Positions 37,973 to 48,484 of a stretch of DNA of 64,000 nt are shown piece after piece (position 1 is the first letter of the stretch; each line of letters begins with the position of its first letter). Origin of the DNA: a virus (Duplodnaviria > Caudoviricetes). The stretch spans positions 136,690 to 200,689 of the IMG/VR virus record IMGVR_UViG_3300047160_009226, one strand, 5' to 3'. The translations under genes were made by a program, and so were the position numbers. A model generated the notes under the pieces. That model searched no databases, was not told the DNA's origin, and saw nothing but the letters and a program-made list of their open reading frames with translations.

Positions 37973-39619
37973 TCAACCAAATACGAACGAGCCGATGTCC
38001 TCCAGTCCGTACTGGCCATTAAACTCTGATACTGCAATAGAATAGAGATGTCTCAAGAAAATCCCATCCCCATGCTGGGGTTCGTACTTGACCTTCGTAG
38101 GACGTCCATCCGATTGAAGTTGTAAATCCCCAGGTAGCCCCCCAGAATCGAGCGGTACCCACATAGGGTCTGGAGCCGGGTCCGGAACCAAGATCGCCCC
38201 TGGAAGTGCGTAGGGATCAGGAGGTGGTGACGGTGGCAATGGAGGAGCTGGTGGTTGATGTTCATACCACCAGCCTGTCACACTAACTTTGGATTCTTTC
38301 ACTACAGGAGGAGAAGGCGGGGGAGAAGGCGGGGAAGAAAGCACGGTAAAACTTTCCGCTGCTGCTATTGTGATCTTAAAGTGCAAATGAAGTCCCAATT
38401 CTTCTGGCCAGACTTCGAACACTATTGGACTAAGCGCCGGTGTAGTAAGACCAACAATTCCATCAACCTGGTTTGAAAGAGACTCAATTAATTCTAGGAG
38501 TTCATTAAGTGCTCCTATAAGAGAATCAGATGCTCCCAGATATATCGGATTATCTGGATCTGTAAGATAAATCCCTCCTCTGATATCACAGAGTCGAAGT
38601 TCTCCAGTGCTCTGAATATCACAGTGAGGTGGTGGCGGAGGCCCCGGAGGAGATCCCGGAGGAGGTGGAAGTAATACCGGTGGATTGATAATAAGTTGCG
38701 GGACTTCTAAGGAATCCGATAAAACTAGACTGGTTTGATAAAGAGTGGGTCCATGAGGATCATGATTATTATTAATGTGAGTTAATAGTTCTGTGAGTAT
38801 TTCATTCAAAGCCCCGATAATACTAACTGCAACTCCCTGATAAGAGGTATTTGCTGCATCTGAAAATGCAAAACCTTGTGGAATATACTGATCGGCAAAT
38901 CTGAGATCCCCTGAAGAAGCAATCTCTGGTTGTGGAGATACATTCTCAATAGTAAAACAGGGCAGAGTAGCATCAGGATTCAATTGCTTGATTAAAGTCG
39001 TACTACCCTGATCCAATAGTACTGTTAGACTATCCAAGATCGTCAAGACGCTTTGCGTCATACTTGGACCAAATGGATTATAATTATTATTCAATAACTG
39101 AAAAAGATTAAATGCTGTTGGCTTTCCAGGAGGAGATACATCAAGCATTGGTTGTGTTGGCGTGGGAACTGCATCTGCCCCAGTTGTATCAACTGTAGCC
39201 AGAAAAAGATAATCCAGACCTGAGATGGGAGAGTCACTAGCTACTATATTAACGTTAGTCGAATCTGTATATGTGTTTTCAGTCGCTTGGACATAAAGAT
39301 AATAAAAGGAATTAGGTGCCAAATCCTCCCATACAATCGGATCGTAGACTTCCACTAAACAGTTATTTGCGATTCCTTGAACCGATGGATTCCCTTCCAT
39401 GCCAGTCAAAGTCACGTCGACTGTGCCCAAAGCAGGATCAGAAATATTCGCAACAAACGCACCATTCTGATATACACGAGTGCCACCCGCTCCAAGTATT
39501 CCAGCCCTAATCTGGTTGTCGATAATGAGAGCGGCTATCTCCTCTTCGGAGCCAGCCATAATCTCATTATCGGAAATATACGGAATGCCGTAGTGAGGAG
39601 TGATCTTAATGTATGCCAT
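37973..39619 (-). CDS. Putative tail fibre/baseplate-associated protein with internal repeat
   Basis: N-terminal TPHYGIPYI; duplicated NNN.(N/D)P.GP...Q..L and G.LR..D...SLIGALNE blocks; PPSPP linkers. Confidence 0.65.
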   Translation of the reverse strand: MAYIKITPHYGIPYISDNEIMAGSEEEIAALIIDNQIRAGILGAGGTRVYQNGAFVANISDPALGTVDVTLTGMEGNPSVQGIANNCLVEVYDPIVWEDLAPNSFYYLYVQATENTYTDSTNVNIVASDSPISGLDYLFLATVDTTGADAVPTPTQPMLDVSPPGKPTAFNLFQLLNNNYNPFGPSMTQSVLTILDSLTVLLDQGSTTLIKQLNPDATLPCFTIENVSPQPEIASSGDLRFADQYIPQGFAFSDAANTSYQGVAVSIIGALNEILTELLTHINNNHDPHGPTLYQTSLVLSDSLEVPQLIINPPVLLPPPPGSPPGPPPPPHCDIQSTGELRLCDIRGGIYLTDPDNPIYLGASDSLIGALNELLELIESLSNQVDGIVGLTTPALSPIVFEVWPEELGLHLHFKITIAAAESFTVLSSPPSPPPSPPVVKESKVSVTGWWYEHQPPAPPLPPSPPPDPYALPGAILVPDPAPDPMWVPLDSGGLPGDLQLQSDGRPTKVKYEPQHGDGIFLRHLYSIAVSEFNGQYGLEDIGSFVFG

Positions 39620-39869
39620 CTAATAGCCCCCACTCTTCTGGATAGTCAAAATCGTCATCATCAGACCACAGTTCAGGATTATCTGAAATATTAATACGTG
39701 GGTCTGTGGCTTGATGCCTAGGTTTCAGTCGTTGTACGTCAGGGTGTGGCATCCCTGCTACCACCATCACCCCACAATATGGGCAGTGGTACATGCCAAT
39801 TGGTTCACCTGAGAATTCCATGGGATCATGAAGACAGTGATATGGCATTTTTTGACTAACTCCACTCAT
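39606..39869 (-). CDS. Small Cys/His protein
   Basis: CLHDP...IGMYHCPYCG..VAGMPHP; start refined to ATG 39869 (ATGA overlap with upstream stop). Confidence 0.65.
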   Translation of the reverse strand: MSGVSQKMPYHCLHDPMEFSGEPIGMYHCPYCGVMVVAGMPHPDVQRLKPRHQATDPRINISDNPELWSDDDDFDYPEEWGLLDGIH

Positions 39870-40105
39870 CCGCAAACGTCTGGTCCACCACACTTACTTT
39901 TTCCACAAATAATGAGGTTTAAACCAGTGGGATGGACTAACTGAATATTGACGAAATTTCTTGACGACGCAGTTATCAATGCTCCCATACTGCCGTCGTA
40001 AAATCCACTCATAGGAATGACTTGCCCCTTAAGAAGTAAGTCAGTCACACGATTATAAATATCCTCTCGTCTCTTTCTCCCTGTTCCGTGAATGGTACTA
40101 GGCAT
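39866..40105 (-). CDS. Hypothetical protein, 79 aa
   Basis: ATG 40105 with SD AGGAG, overlapping the upstream stop; stop overlaps next start. Confidence 0.55.
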   Translation of the reverse strand: MPSTIHGTGRKRREDIYNRVTDLLLKGQVIPMSGFYDGSMGALITASSRNFVNIQLVHPTGLNLIICGKSKCGGPDVCG

Positions 40106-41132
40106 GAACAAGCTTCTCCTTAAAGTATTTCCGATACTCCTGCCAATATTTAGGAACAGACCGAATAGCTGGCTCACCTTTAGGCCAAGGTCTGTCTATA
40201 GCATACACGGAGTAAAGAAAGGCAGCCCGTGGATCAGTAGCTATGTAATCTTCTGCCTGAGGTAAGGCCCCTCCACCAATCCCAATATAACGTGATAATC
40301 GCTCAGTGGAAACTAATCTATTGTCAATAAGGTGCTGAAAAAACACAGGATACTTATGGGGATGTATACGCAAATGATAAATGCAGTAATCAAATATCTT
40401 GTCTTCTTTTTCAGATGGATAAGCTTTATCGGCCCAAAACTGAAGGATCCCTGATTTTAATAAAAGCATCAAAGTCTCGTCACTCAATTTAACCATTTCG
40501 TTACTAACATCTTTAATTTCACTGCCCCTGTAGTCCGCCAGGAAAAGTCTCTCTTTTCCTTTAAATGCAAGAAACAAACGACCTCTCTGAAGATAGCTCT
40601 TGGCCGTGTTTTCAGATCTAGTGCACCATGCAGTCCCTTGCGAATAACTGCATACTGCTTCCACAGCTGTTTCTGGATCAACTCCTTCACCACCAATCTG
40701 TAGTATTTTATAAGGCCCATTATTATAAATGACCTTGACTGTCTCTTTGGCTTTCTTAGTTTCTTGTGCCTTGGATTTCAAATCCTCGTCTTTATGTGTA
40801 ATCCAACTATCATAAAGTTCATCCAAAGTTAACTTATTAATATCAGCAGGTAATCCTACATGCTCAAGCAATGCCGGTGACTTAGATACTTTTTGAAAAA
40901 ATGCTAATGCTTGTCTAACACGTCCAAACCATTCATCAGCGGAGTTGCCGCCAGGATCAACAACATTTCTGATGATCCATCCCAGATACTTCCCCCCCGT
41001 CGGATCGGCTTTTGCAAGTCTCCGAAGCTCTTCTTCTGATATCTTATGGTTTTTAGCGTAGAACTGAATACGTTCTTCTAGTCCTGCTATTCGCAAAAGA
41101 CGATGTGCCAATCTAAGTGTTCTGGAAATCAT
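40098..41132 (-). CDS. Large-phage hypothetical protein (DPT..KY..W / GT.WCT type) with Arg-rich leader
   Basis: ADPTGGKYLGWII, SQGTAWCT, C-terminal AFLYSVYAIDRPWPKGEPAI; leader MISRTLRLAHRLLRIAG. Confidence 0.7.
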   Translation of the reverse strand: MISRTLRLAHRLLRIAGLEERIQFYAKNHKISEEELRRLAKADPTGGKYLGWIIRNVVDPGGNSADEWFGRVRQALAFFQKVSKSPALLEHVGLPADINKLTLDELYDSWITHKDEDLKSKAQETKKAKETVKVIYNNGPYKILQIGGEGVDPETAVEAVCSYSQGTAWCTRSENTAKSYLQRGRLFLAFKGKERLFLADYRGSEIKDVSNEMVKLSDETLMLLLKSGILQFWADKAYPSEKEDKIFDYCIYHLRIHPHKYPVFFQHLIDNRLVSTERLSRYIGIGGGALPQAEDYIATDPRAAFLYSVYAIDRPWPKGEPAIRSVPKYWQEYRKYFKEKLVHA

Positions 41133-41134
41133 GT

Positions 41135-44104
41135 TTATTCAATCGAAGTGACGGGTGCCAAAGAGACTGATACTGAAGGTTGTACATCAGGAATGAAGAG
41201 TTCCACTCCTAGATCAGTGCTCCACGTCTTTCTCTGCAAGTCTATCTGATGTGAAATAGAAGTAACAAGCCACTTGCTATTAACTGTATCCAATAACTCA
41301 ATCCTAGCATTCCCGGGAATCTTACATCGTGCTGCTGAACGTGGTCTTGATTGTCCCTTAGAAATCTGAACTGCTAATCGTTGTATTTCATTAACATCTT
41401 TAACTATTTGAGGAATTGCATATACTGCCATCTTTGCCCAAGCAAATGTTGGATAAGTATCCAGATTCACAGTCATCATAACTGCTTGAGTTGGTGTAGT
41501 TGTAAAATTAGTAGCTAGAGGTTTTCCGATTTGTGGATATGCTACCAATGCAGAAATTATAATCTGATTTCTAACCCACGTATGATCTGGTTCATCCGAA
41601 AAAGTTTCAAGTGCAGAGTCAGGTAAGATCCAATTATTTCCAGTTGATTTCTGTACATCTATATAAATGCAAGTACCGAATCTATCAAAGTAATATAAAG
41701 TTCCTGCATATTTAGCAATTGTATCCATTGCCTCAGAAACTGGTGTCCCCCTCGGAAAGTCTATAACCGGATTATTGATATTATAAGAAGAAATAAGCTT
41801 AAACGGTGTTGCCAAGCTTGTGTTAATAGGAAATCCACCATAAACCGCCATATAACGCATGGCATCACGATGATCATATCCATCGAAAAATGGTACATTG
41901 ATTAATCCTATCCCACCTTCAGAATTAATCTTGCTCTCTCGTCCTTTAAGAGGCATCTGAACCAGATTTTCTCCTGGATTATCTACTTCAGCATTGCCAT
42001 AAGCAATTCCTGTGAAGATAATTCCAGGTATGGTGTTCGCTCCACCTATCACCTGAATCTGAATTGCTCCCACTTCCTGATATGGTCGTGGATCAACTGT
42101 TTGTGTCACAGGATCAAAACGATCCCATTCAATAGTCCCACTGGCACCATCCAGTGCTCTTTGAACATTGACCGATCGAATACGAGGTATTGAAATCGCA
42201 GCACTTGATAAGACTCCATCTTGATTCATAGGGGCATGTGTGACGAAGTCCTCGTCTATGATGACATTATCCACAATTATAGCACCCCAAACTTGTATAG
42301 GAACTCGCACATCTGGGGTAATACTCTTAAACTCCATGGAGAAGCACGCAAACGGAGCTTGCCTATCCTTGACGATAGTACAGAGATGTGTCCGAAAATC
42401 TACAAAATTTCCACTCTGAAATCCAAATACCGGCATAGTGATTGCTTTAGACTTTGTCTCAACATAAAATACATTCTGATTAATAGGTTTTTCCTTAATT
42501 TTAGATTTCTTTCTCTTAGGTGGGAACAATGGCGGCGGTGGTGGTGGAGAGCCAGGTGGTGCAACAGGAACATACTCTGATGTTGTTAAATCCTGAGGAC
42601 TAGCTGCTCCTGGATAAATAAAGTGATATCTTGAGAACTGAGGAAAATATATCGGTACAAATTTTAATGCTCCACCACAATGAGAGTAGAATACGCTTAA
42701 TCGATTCCCCATTGAAAATGTAGATGGTTGTCCAGTACCAGTATTCGATCTTGAAAGTAAACTTGTGCCTGTCTTCGAGTTGACAATCCTAACTCCAGGG
42801 GTCTTATATCTCTTGCCTTTACGCATGACAACAGTTTTAGGAATGTAATTAGGATCTCGGACATCATAGTCGCTCTGCAGAGGAGGATTAATTATGTTAG
42901 TAATTTCTGTATTAATATTCAAATCTTCATCAATCGGAACAAAGCTAACAGTGTTACCCCAGTCAGAAGATTGAGGATTGCCATAAGAGATCAGTATCCC
43001 ATTCCAAACTGGAATGAAAGTCAAAATATAAACTTTATCCCCATATCCATGAGTTAGCACATTAGCCACCGTCGGCTTTATATTAATCTTCTGAGGAGGA
43101 TCCTTCCTCCGTATTGATACATGAAGCTCTTCTTGCCCTTCAAACAATTCTACTACTACAGTGTCAAAACCAAAAGTAATCTTAATTGACCATGCTGCAG
43201 CTTGAGATCTATTATCGTTAGTTCCTTTCTTTATTCCAAAAATTAGCGAAAAAGCATTTAATGAATCTCCATTTTCAATTCCAGCATCTTTTTCCCGTTC
43301 AACAGGGTATAAATAAACATGATTCATTATCTCCTCATCACATGGCTGAACTTGAACATCAACAGCCCCATCCGTCCTCGGTGTAAGTTTCTCTTTCTGC
43401 TCGTCTTTGTGTTTCATCTGCCACCAATACGTCGTATTCTCTGGATCAGTCGTGTTACCGTCATTTAAAACTCCATTGCGATGTCTCCTAGCTTGAGGAG
43501 AGAAATAAGGAGTACTGATACATGAATTAATAGCATCGATATATACGGCTGAAGGAGTGTCCTTGAATGCCTTATACATAGACTTCATAAAAGGATCCCA
43601 CTTATCTTTATAACGTTTATAATTCGGACTCCCTGTATTAGGAACAACTCCTATTAGATCTCTAGGTGTATACTTAATTTCATCAAAAGGAAGATTCGCA
43701 GGTAAATCTGGGATAGGATTTTTAGAAGAACGAGGAGGAGGTGGTAGTAGAAGTGAAGGTGGAGGTGGCAGACTAGAAGATAGAAGTAGAGGTGGAGGTG
43801 GAGGTAACGGACTAGAAGATAGAGGTGGAGGTGGTGGTAAGAATATAGTTCCAGGATCAGCATAATTCTTAATTAAAAAATGCGTTGGTGGCTTCGGCTT
43901 CGTCGTTAAAACAATCAAGTCCTTAGTCTGATCTTTTCCAATAGGTTGCGTTCTCCTAGAATAAATATCCAAAATTGTAAAAATATTCGCCGGTACTGCG
44001 TCTATTGATGGAAGTTCTCCAGGAGGTGGTTGGGACGGACTCCCCACCTGCACCTGAATATTAGGTGCTACCTTCTCCAAACCCTCATCAGCATATGATG
44101 GCAT
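41135..44104 (-). CDS. Putative tail-tip/baseplate hub protein (gpD/gp27/Tal-like C-terminal half)
   Basis: Directly after the tape measure; FPRGTPVSEAMDTIAKYAGTLYYFDRFG and KIPGNARIELLDTV...WLVTSISHQID. Confidence 0.7.
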   Translation of the reverse strand: MPSYADEGLEKVAPNIQVQVGSPSQPPPGELPSIDAVPANIFTILDIYSRRTQPIGKDQTKDLIVLTTKPKPPTHFLIKNYADPGTIFLPPPPPLSSSPLPPPPPLLLSSSLPPPPSLLLPPPPRSSKNPIPDLPANLPFDEIKYTPRDLIGVVPNTGSPNYKRYKDKWDPFMKSMYKAFKDTPSAVYIDAINSCISTPYFSPQARRHRNGVLNDGNTTDPENTTYWWQMKHKDEQKEKLTPRTDGAVDVQVQPCDEEIMNHVYLYPVEREKDAGIENGDSLNAFSLIFGIKKGTNDNRSQAAAWSIKITFGFDTVVVELFEGQEELHVSIRRKDPPQKINIKPTVANVLTHGYGDKVYILTFIPVWNGILISYGNPQSSDWGNTVSFVPIDEDLNINTEITNIINPPLQSDYDVRDPNYIPKTVVMRKGKRYKTPGVRIVNSKTGTSLLSRSNTGTGQPSTFSMGNRLSVFYSHCGGALKFVPIYFPQFSRYHFIYPGAASPQDLTTSEYVPVAPPGSPPPPPPLFPPKRKKSKIKEKPINQNVFYVETKSKAITMPVFGFQSGNFVDFRTHLCTIVKDRQAPFACFSMEFKSITPDVRVPIQVWGAIIVDNVIIDEDFVTHAPMNQDGVLSSAAISIPRIRSVNVQRALDGASGTIEWDRFDPVTQTVDPRPYQEVGAIQIQVIGGANTIPGIIFTGIAYGNAEVDNPGENLVQMPLKGRESKINSEGGIGLINVPFFDGYDHRDAMRYMAVYGGFPINTSLATPFKLISSYNINNPVIDFPRGTPVSEAMDTIAKYAGTLYYFDRFGTCIYIDVQKSTGNNWILPDSALETFSDEPDHTWVRNQIIISALVAYPQIGKPLATNFTTTPTQAVMMTVNLDTYPTFAWAKMAVYAIPQIVKDVNEIQRLAVQISKGQSRPRSAARCKIPGNARIELLDTVNSKWLVTSISHQIDLQRKTWSTDLGVELFIPDVQPSVSVSLAPVTSIE

Positions 44105-47100
44105 TATGCAAAAAATCCTGGTTTTTGTGCGCGATTACTTACCAATATCGACTTATCTTCTACCTCTCCTTTAAACATTGCAGTGTCACTTTTAACAACT
44201 ATTTCAATATTTCCACTGACATCAATCGCTCCAGCAGCTTTTGCAGCGGCCCTTGCTGCTTCTGGTGGCATTCCAGCAGCAAGGGCCGCCGCTTCCACAG
44301 GATTGACCCCAGGACGCCCCCCTGGACCAATCCCAATCGCCCCTCCCCCCACTCCAATTCCACCACCCCCGATAGCTCCCCTGATATTCCCTCCCATTGC
44401 CATTCGTGTTTCCATCATCGTCTTGGGTGCTCCCTGCCACATTTGCCCGAACGGATCTTTTACAACTTCACCAAAAATCCTAGGGCTAAAGTTAGGCAAG
44501 GCTTTGGTTCCACCACCCATTCCGAAACTTGCTGCGATAGCTTTATCCAAGAAATCACGCTGCTTGCCCATGATGGCTTCTCTTAAAGCAGCGTCCTTCT
44601 GAACTACTGCAAGCTGTTTCTCCATTAACGGTGCACCAGTTAATCCAGCTGCTTTAGCTTGTGCAAATGCCTCTTGTGCGGCTTTCAAATCCACTCGTGA
44701 TGCTTCAATAATCTTCGACTGATATCCCATCTGTACCCGCCAGGATTGTCCTGTCCTAGCTGCCGTATCTCTCATGACCTCCAGCATACTCTTCTGAATT
44801 CCAGCCTGTTTCATCGTCTCTTCAGCTTCAGCTGTTGCAGCATGGACACGTGCTTGAACAGTAGCCTGAGCGACCTCATATTCTTTTTGTCTTAGTGCAA
44901 AAATCTTATCCTGAATTACTAGTACATCTGCTTCTCTGCCACCAGCTCTGGCTTCTGCCAGTCTTTGATTCAAATCATCAAGATCTTTCGCAAAATTCTC
45001 CATGAATTTAGCCTGCATCTGCTCAGCGGCTCGTCCTTGCTCTCGTGCTGTTTCGCCAATTTCTCCTGGTGTAGCCCCACGTTCACGAAGGAAAGACTCT
45101 CTAGCCCTTGCCAAACCTTGCTCTAGTTTACCTCTTCGATAGACTTCCGTCCTTTCATATGCTGTTATTTGAGCTTCCATGGCCGCGATATCAGCAGTAC
45201 GCTTTTCAACTTGAAGCGCGTTCTCTCTTAATTTAAGATTTCGTTCTAACTGCTGTCCTTTCACTTCCAGATCTCGAGCCTCATTTATTAAATTTTGTCT
45301 TTCCTTATCTCTTAGTCCTTTTGTCTGAAGTGCTATGGCGATGTCCCTCTTTCTCGCTTCCAGTGTGTTCCTTGCCTCCTGTGCCTCTTCATTAAAGTTT
45401 TTAATCTGTTCCGCATAGGTCCGTGTAATCTCCTGTTGATACTCAGCGACATCCTCCCTTCTTCCTGTAATCGCTCCCGTTGCCTCATAACGAGCCTGAG
45501 CCCCCTGACGTTCCAATCCAAGCTGCCCCTGACGAGTTTCCATTCGTCCCATAATGTCTTCAACCTGACCTCCAACATTCAATTCCTTAAGTTGATTCTG
45601 CATGTTCTGACTTTGTCGATTAATTGCATTCTGAAAAATAGCCCCAGTCTTTTGCAATTGATCATCTGTAGCTCCTCTATCTGCCATTTCCTTAAGTGTT
45701 TTGTCTCTCTGCATCTCAAGTCTGCTGATTTCATCAGTTGTTCCTTGAGTAATCTTACCAATACTAGCTGTAATATTTTCTCCGATTTTTTTCTGACCCT
45801 CTGCAAAACCAGCTCGATCAATTTCTCCCTTTCCAATTTCCATTCCTCGCCTAGCAGTTGCTGCCTCAATCGCTTCTGGCATCGTCTTTAAAGTAGCGTT
45901 CAAATTATTCATATATTTATCAGAAGTCTGTATCGACGTGGTCATTTCTCTCGTCACGTCTCGCAGAGTGCGCTGTTCAGTCTGCTGATCCTTAGTAGCA
46001 TCAGTATTCCCCATAATCCAACCACTTAAACTTTTCATTCCTGTTACAATATCACTACCATACTCTTTTGCGACGCCAGCAGCGCCTCCAACCGCGCCTC
46101 CAATCGCCGTTCCTGCACCAGGAAGAACCAATGATCCGATAAAAGCACCCGTACCCGCCGCTCCTGCAATTCTCCCTCCTTTTCCAGTATGTTTCAGAGC
46201 AATATCAGCCGTTGATCCTTTCGTTGTATATCCTCTCAGGGCCTCAGCCCCCATAGCAACACCTTCTCCAATAAGTCCAATTCCTAAAGGGCTCTTAGCA
46301 AAACGACCAACCTTCCCCACAGCCCCCGCAAATCGACCTGCTCTCGCAACAGCGCCCGTGGTAGTTGCAACAGTACCAGCCTCGGCTGCACCTATACCGG
46401 CTTCGGCTGCACCTAGACCGGCAGCTTGAGCCCCAGCCTTGGCCGCACCACCAGCAGCTTGAGCCCCAGCCTTGGCTCCTAAAAAGCTTGATAGACTCGA
46501 CCAACCTGACTTCCCTGCTTCTGCAATTTTCTGAACATTACTAGCGATATCTAAAACTGGTGCAAGAAGTTGCGCACCTTCAGGTCCAATACCTTTATTA
46601 ATCAATTCTCCCATTGCATGCTGAAAATCATCATATGTCTTTGCTACCGCAGCACCAGTTGTCTCAAACTTTGCTGCCTCTGCCCCTGCCTTTGGTTCTT
46701 CTCCTGGTACGCGACCAACAAGAGCCTCTTGTTGTTCCGGAGTTTGTGCTGTCCGTAATGCTTCGAGAATTGCCCCAAAATCTGCCTTCTCAGCTGTCAC
46801 ACCCTGAAATGTCTGACGAGTCATCGGAGTTGCAATAATCTGCTTAGCTGCCTCAATACCTCCTATCTGACCATAAATTGCTTGAAGCTGCTTCCCCATC
46901 GCTTCAAGTTGCTTGGTAGTAGCACCGAGTTTAAGACCTTCGGCCCATGTCTTGCCGAAGTCTTCAGCGGCTTTTCTGGTGAGATTTAGACTAGTGCGAA
47001 GTGATTCGAATTCGCGGCGGGCTTGAGCGGATTGACCACCGAACTTCCCTGTTGCGTCAATCGCACGTTGAGTTGAAAGATTGTACTCGTAATACCTTTC

Positions 47101-47472
47101 AGATATACCCTTAATTGTCTCAGCATAAGATCTAGCACTATTAAGAGTGCTCCTAATCTTCATGCTATACTTATCGAATTGATCAAGCTCTTTAGCTCTC
47201 TCTTCGATAAGCGGGCGAAGTGCCTTAAGAGTGTCTCCATATGTCTTAGCTAGCTTTTTTTCTTCGTCCTCAAGATCACCGGTCGCTTCCCCGGCCTTCT
47301 TCTTTGCTGCAATCTCTTTCTCAATGAGTTTTAGTTCTTGCTCCTGTATCTTTGCCTTTCTCTCAAGTGCATCAGTATACTCATCAAGATCCTTTTTTCC
47401 CATGCCACCTGCGCCACCACCGGCACCACCGGCACCTGCTCCACCACCAAGACCTCCAGGAGTGGCAGGCAT
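44104..47472 (-). CDS. Tape measure protein
   Basis: 1122 aa, Ala/Gly-rich centre, long coiled-coil helices; lies between chaperone-like genes and the hub. Confidence 0.85.
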   Translation of the reverse strand: MPATPGGLGGGAGAGGAGGGAGGMGKKDLDEYTDALERKAKIQEQELKLIEKEIAAKKKAGEATGDLEDEEKKLAKTYGDTLKALRPLIEERAKELDQFDKYSMKIRSTLNSARSYAETIKGISERYYEYNLSTQRAIDATGKFGGQSAQARREFESLRTSLNLTRKAAEDFGKTWAEGLKLGATTKQLEAMGKQLQAIYGQIGGIEAAKQIIATPMTRQTFQGVTAEKADFGAILEALRTAQTPEQQEALVGRVPGEEPKAGAEAAKFETTGAAVAKTYDDFQHAMGELINKGIGPEGAQLLAPVLDIASNVQKIAEAGKSGWSSLSSFLGAKAGAQAAGGAAKAGAQAAGLGAAEAGIGAAEAGTVATTTGAVARAGRFAGAVGKVGRFAKSPLGIGLIGEGVAMGAEALRGYTTKGSTADIALKHTGKGGRIAGAAGTGAFIGSLVLPGAGTAIGGAVGGAAGVAKEYGSDIVTGMKSLSGWIMGNTDATKDQQTEQRTLRDVTREMTTSIQTSDKYMNNLNATLKTMPEAIEAATARRGMEIGKGEIDRAGFAEGQKKIGENITASIGKITQGTTDEISRLEMQRDKTLKEMADRGATDDQLQKTGAIFQNAINRQSQNMQNQLKELNVGGQVEDIMGRMETRQGQLGLERQGAQARYEATGAITGRREDVAEYQQEITRTYAEQIKNFNEEAQEARNTLEARKRDIAIALQTKGLRDKERQNLINEARDLEVKGQQLERNLKLRENALQVEKRTADIAAMEAQITAYERTEVYRRGKLEQGLARARESFLRERGATPGEIGETAREQGRAAEQMQAKFMENFAKDLDDLNQRLAEARAGGREADVLVIQDKIFALRQKEYEVAQATVQARVHAATAEAEETMKQAGIQKSMLEVMRDTAARTGQSWRVQMGYQSKIIEASRVDLKAAQEAFAQAKAAGLTGAPLMEKQLAVVQKDAALREAIMGKQRDFLDKAIAASFGMGGGTKALPNFSPRIFGEVVKDPFGQMWQGAPKTMMETRMAMGGNIRGAIGGGGIGVGGGAIGIGPGGRPGVNPVEAAALAAGMPPEAARAAAKAAGAIDVSGNIEIVVKSDTAMFKGEVEDKSILVSNRAQKPGFFA

Positions 47473-47485
47473 GTTTCACTCCCTT

Positions 47486-47938
47486 CTAAGTAAAGAGACA
47501 AGCCTCTGATCTGTACTTGTCGTATAGTAGATCAAAAATCCCGGATTGCAGGGACTTTACTTTATCCAAGGATTTCTGAGTCAGTGCTTGACTCTCATCC
47601 CGTTCTAACTCAATCTCGATCCCGTCAATAGACAGTCCTCTCAAATGATTAGCCACTACACAATCAGACACGATAAGATCATCTACAACCAACGTACCAG
47701 TCGTAGGATTGAATCTAGCAGACTTCCGTCGATAAGATTCCATGTTGGCACGAGAAGGGATTGACCATTGTGAAACCAACTGAGACTCCGTCAATCCTGT
47801 CTCCAAAAGCTCAGGTATTGGAAACTTAGAAACACTGCTGATCCTGCTTTCCTTCTGATCCACATACAAATAGATCGTAATCTCTAAAGGTGCTGAATCC
47901 TCAGTTACCCAGATCAAACTTTCCACATTACTCGACAA
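47486..47938 (-). CDS. Putative tail assembly chaperone, paralogue
   Basis: TIYLY...QWSIPS...YRRKSARFN; aligns with 47951..48481 and 52354..52794; precedes tape measure. Confidence 0.65.
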   Translation of the reverse strand: MSSNVESLIWVTEDSAPLEITIYLYVDQKESRISSVSKFPIPELLETGLTESQLVSQWSIPSRANMESYRRKSARFNPTTGTLVVDDLIVSDCVVANHLRGLSIDGIEIELERDESQALTQKSLDKVKSLQSGIFDLLYDKYRSEACLFT

Positions 47939-47950
47939 GATATGATCTCC

Positions 47951-48481
47951 CTAAATAATGAGTGCCGCTTCTTCGATAAACTTGGAAAGCATCATGTCCA
48001 TCACCGTCGAATGCAGCTTATTGATGTGTGCCATGGCTTCCGCCGTCAAAGTCCCTCTTCGATCCCTCGTGAGATCGATGACGTGAGCCGAATCCCCAGA
48101 ACCCATCTTCATCTCCAGGAGATGATTCTGGACGATCAGTTCTTCCATCCGGGCCTTATGTACCAGTACAGCCCGTGCTTCTCGATTGAACCTCGATGAC
48201 TGCTCCCTGTACCTATCGAGTTGCGTCTTAGAGGGTACAGACCACCTCGTCTCGATCGGGAACTCACGCATCTCTAGAGCACGCAAGTCCTCCGACGGCT
48301 CAAAAAGAACTGTGCGTAGTCGCCCTGTAGTCGGACTTTGATACACGTAGATCGTGCTTAGTACTTCATCCTTTCCTTCAGAAATCCACAAAAGATCCGG
48401 AGGGACTCCGTTGTCTTCAACACGAGAAGATTCAGTCAACTCCTCAGCACTCTCAACAGGCGGGCTTTCTTCGTCTGGCAT
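47951..48481 (-). CDS. Putative tail assembly chaperone, paralogue
   Basis: TIYVY...RWSVPS...YREQSSRFN. Confidence 0.65.
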   Translation of the reverse strand: MPDEESPPVESAEELTESSRVEDNGVPPDLLWISEGKDEVLSTIYVYQSPTTGRLRTVLFEPSEDLRALEMREFPIETRWSVPSKTQLDRYREQSSRFNREARAVLVHKARMEELIVQNHLLEMKMGSGDSAHVIDLTRDRRGTLTAEAMAHINKLHSTVMDMMLSKFIEEAALII

Positions 48482-48484
48482 GGT

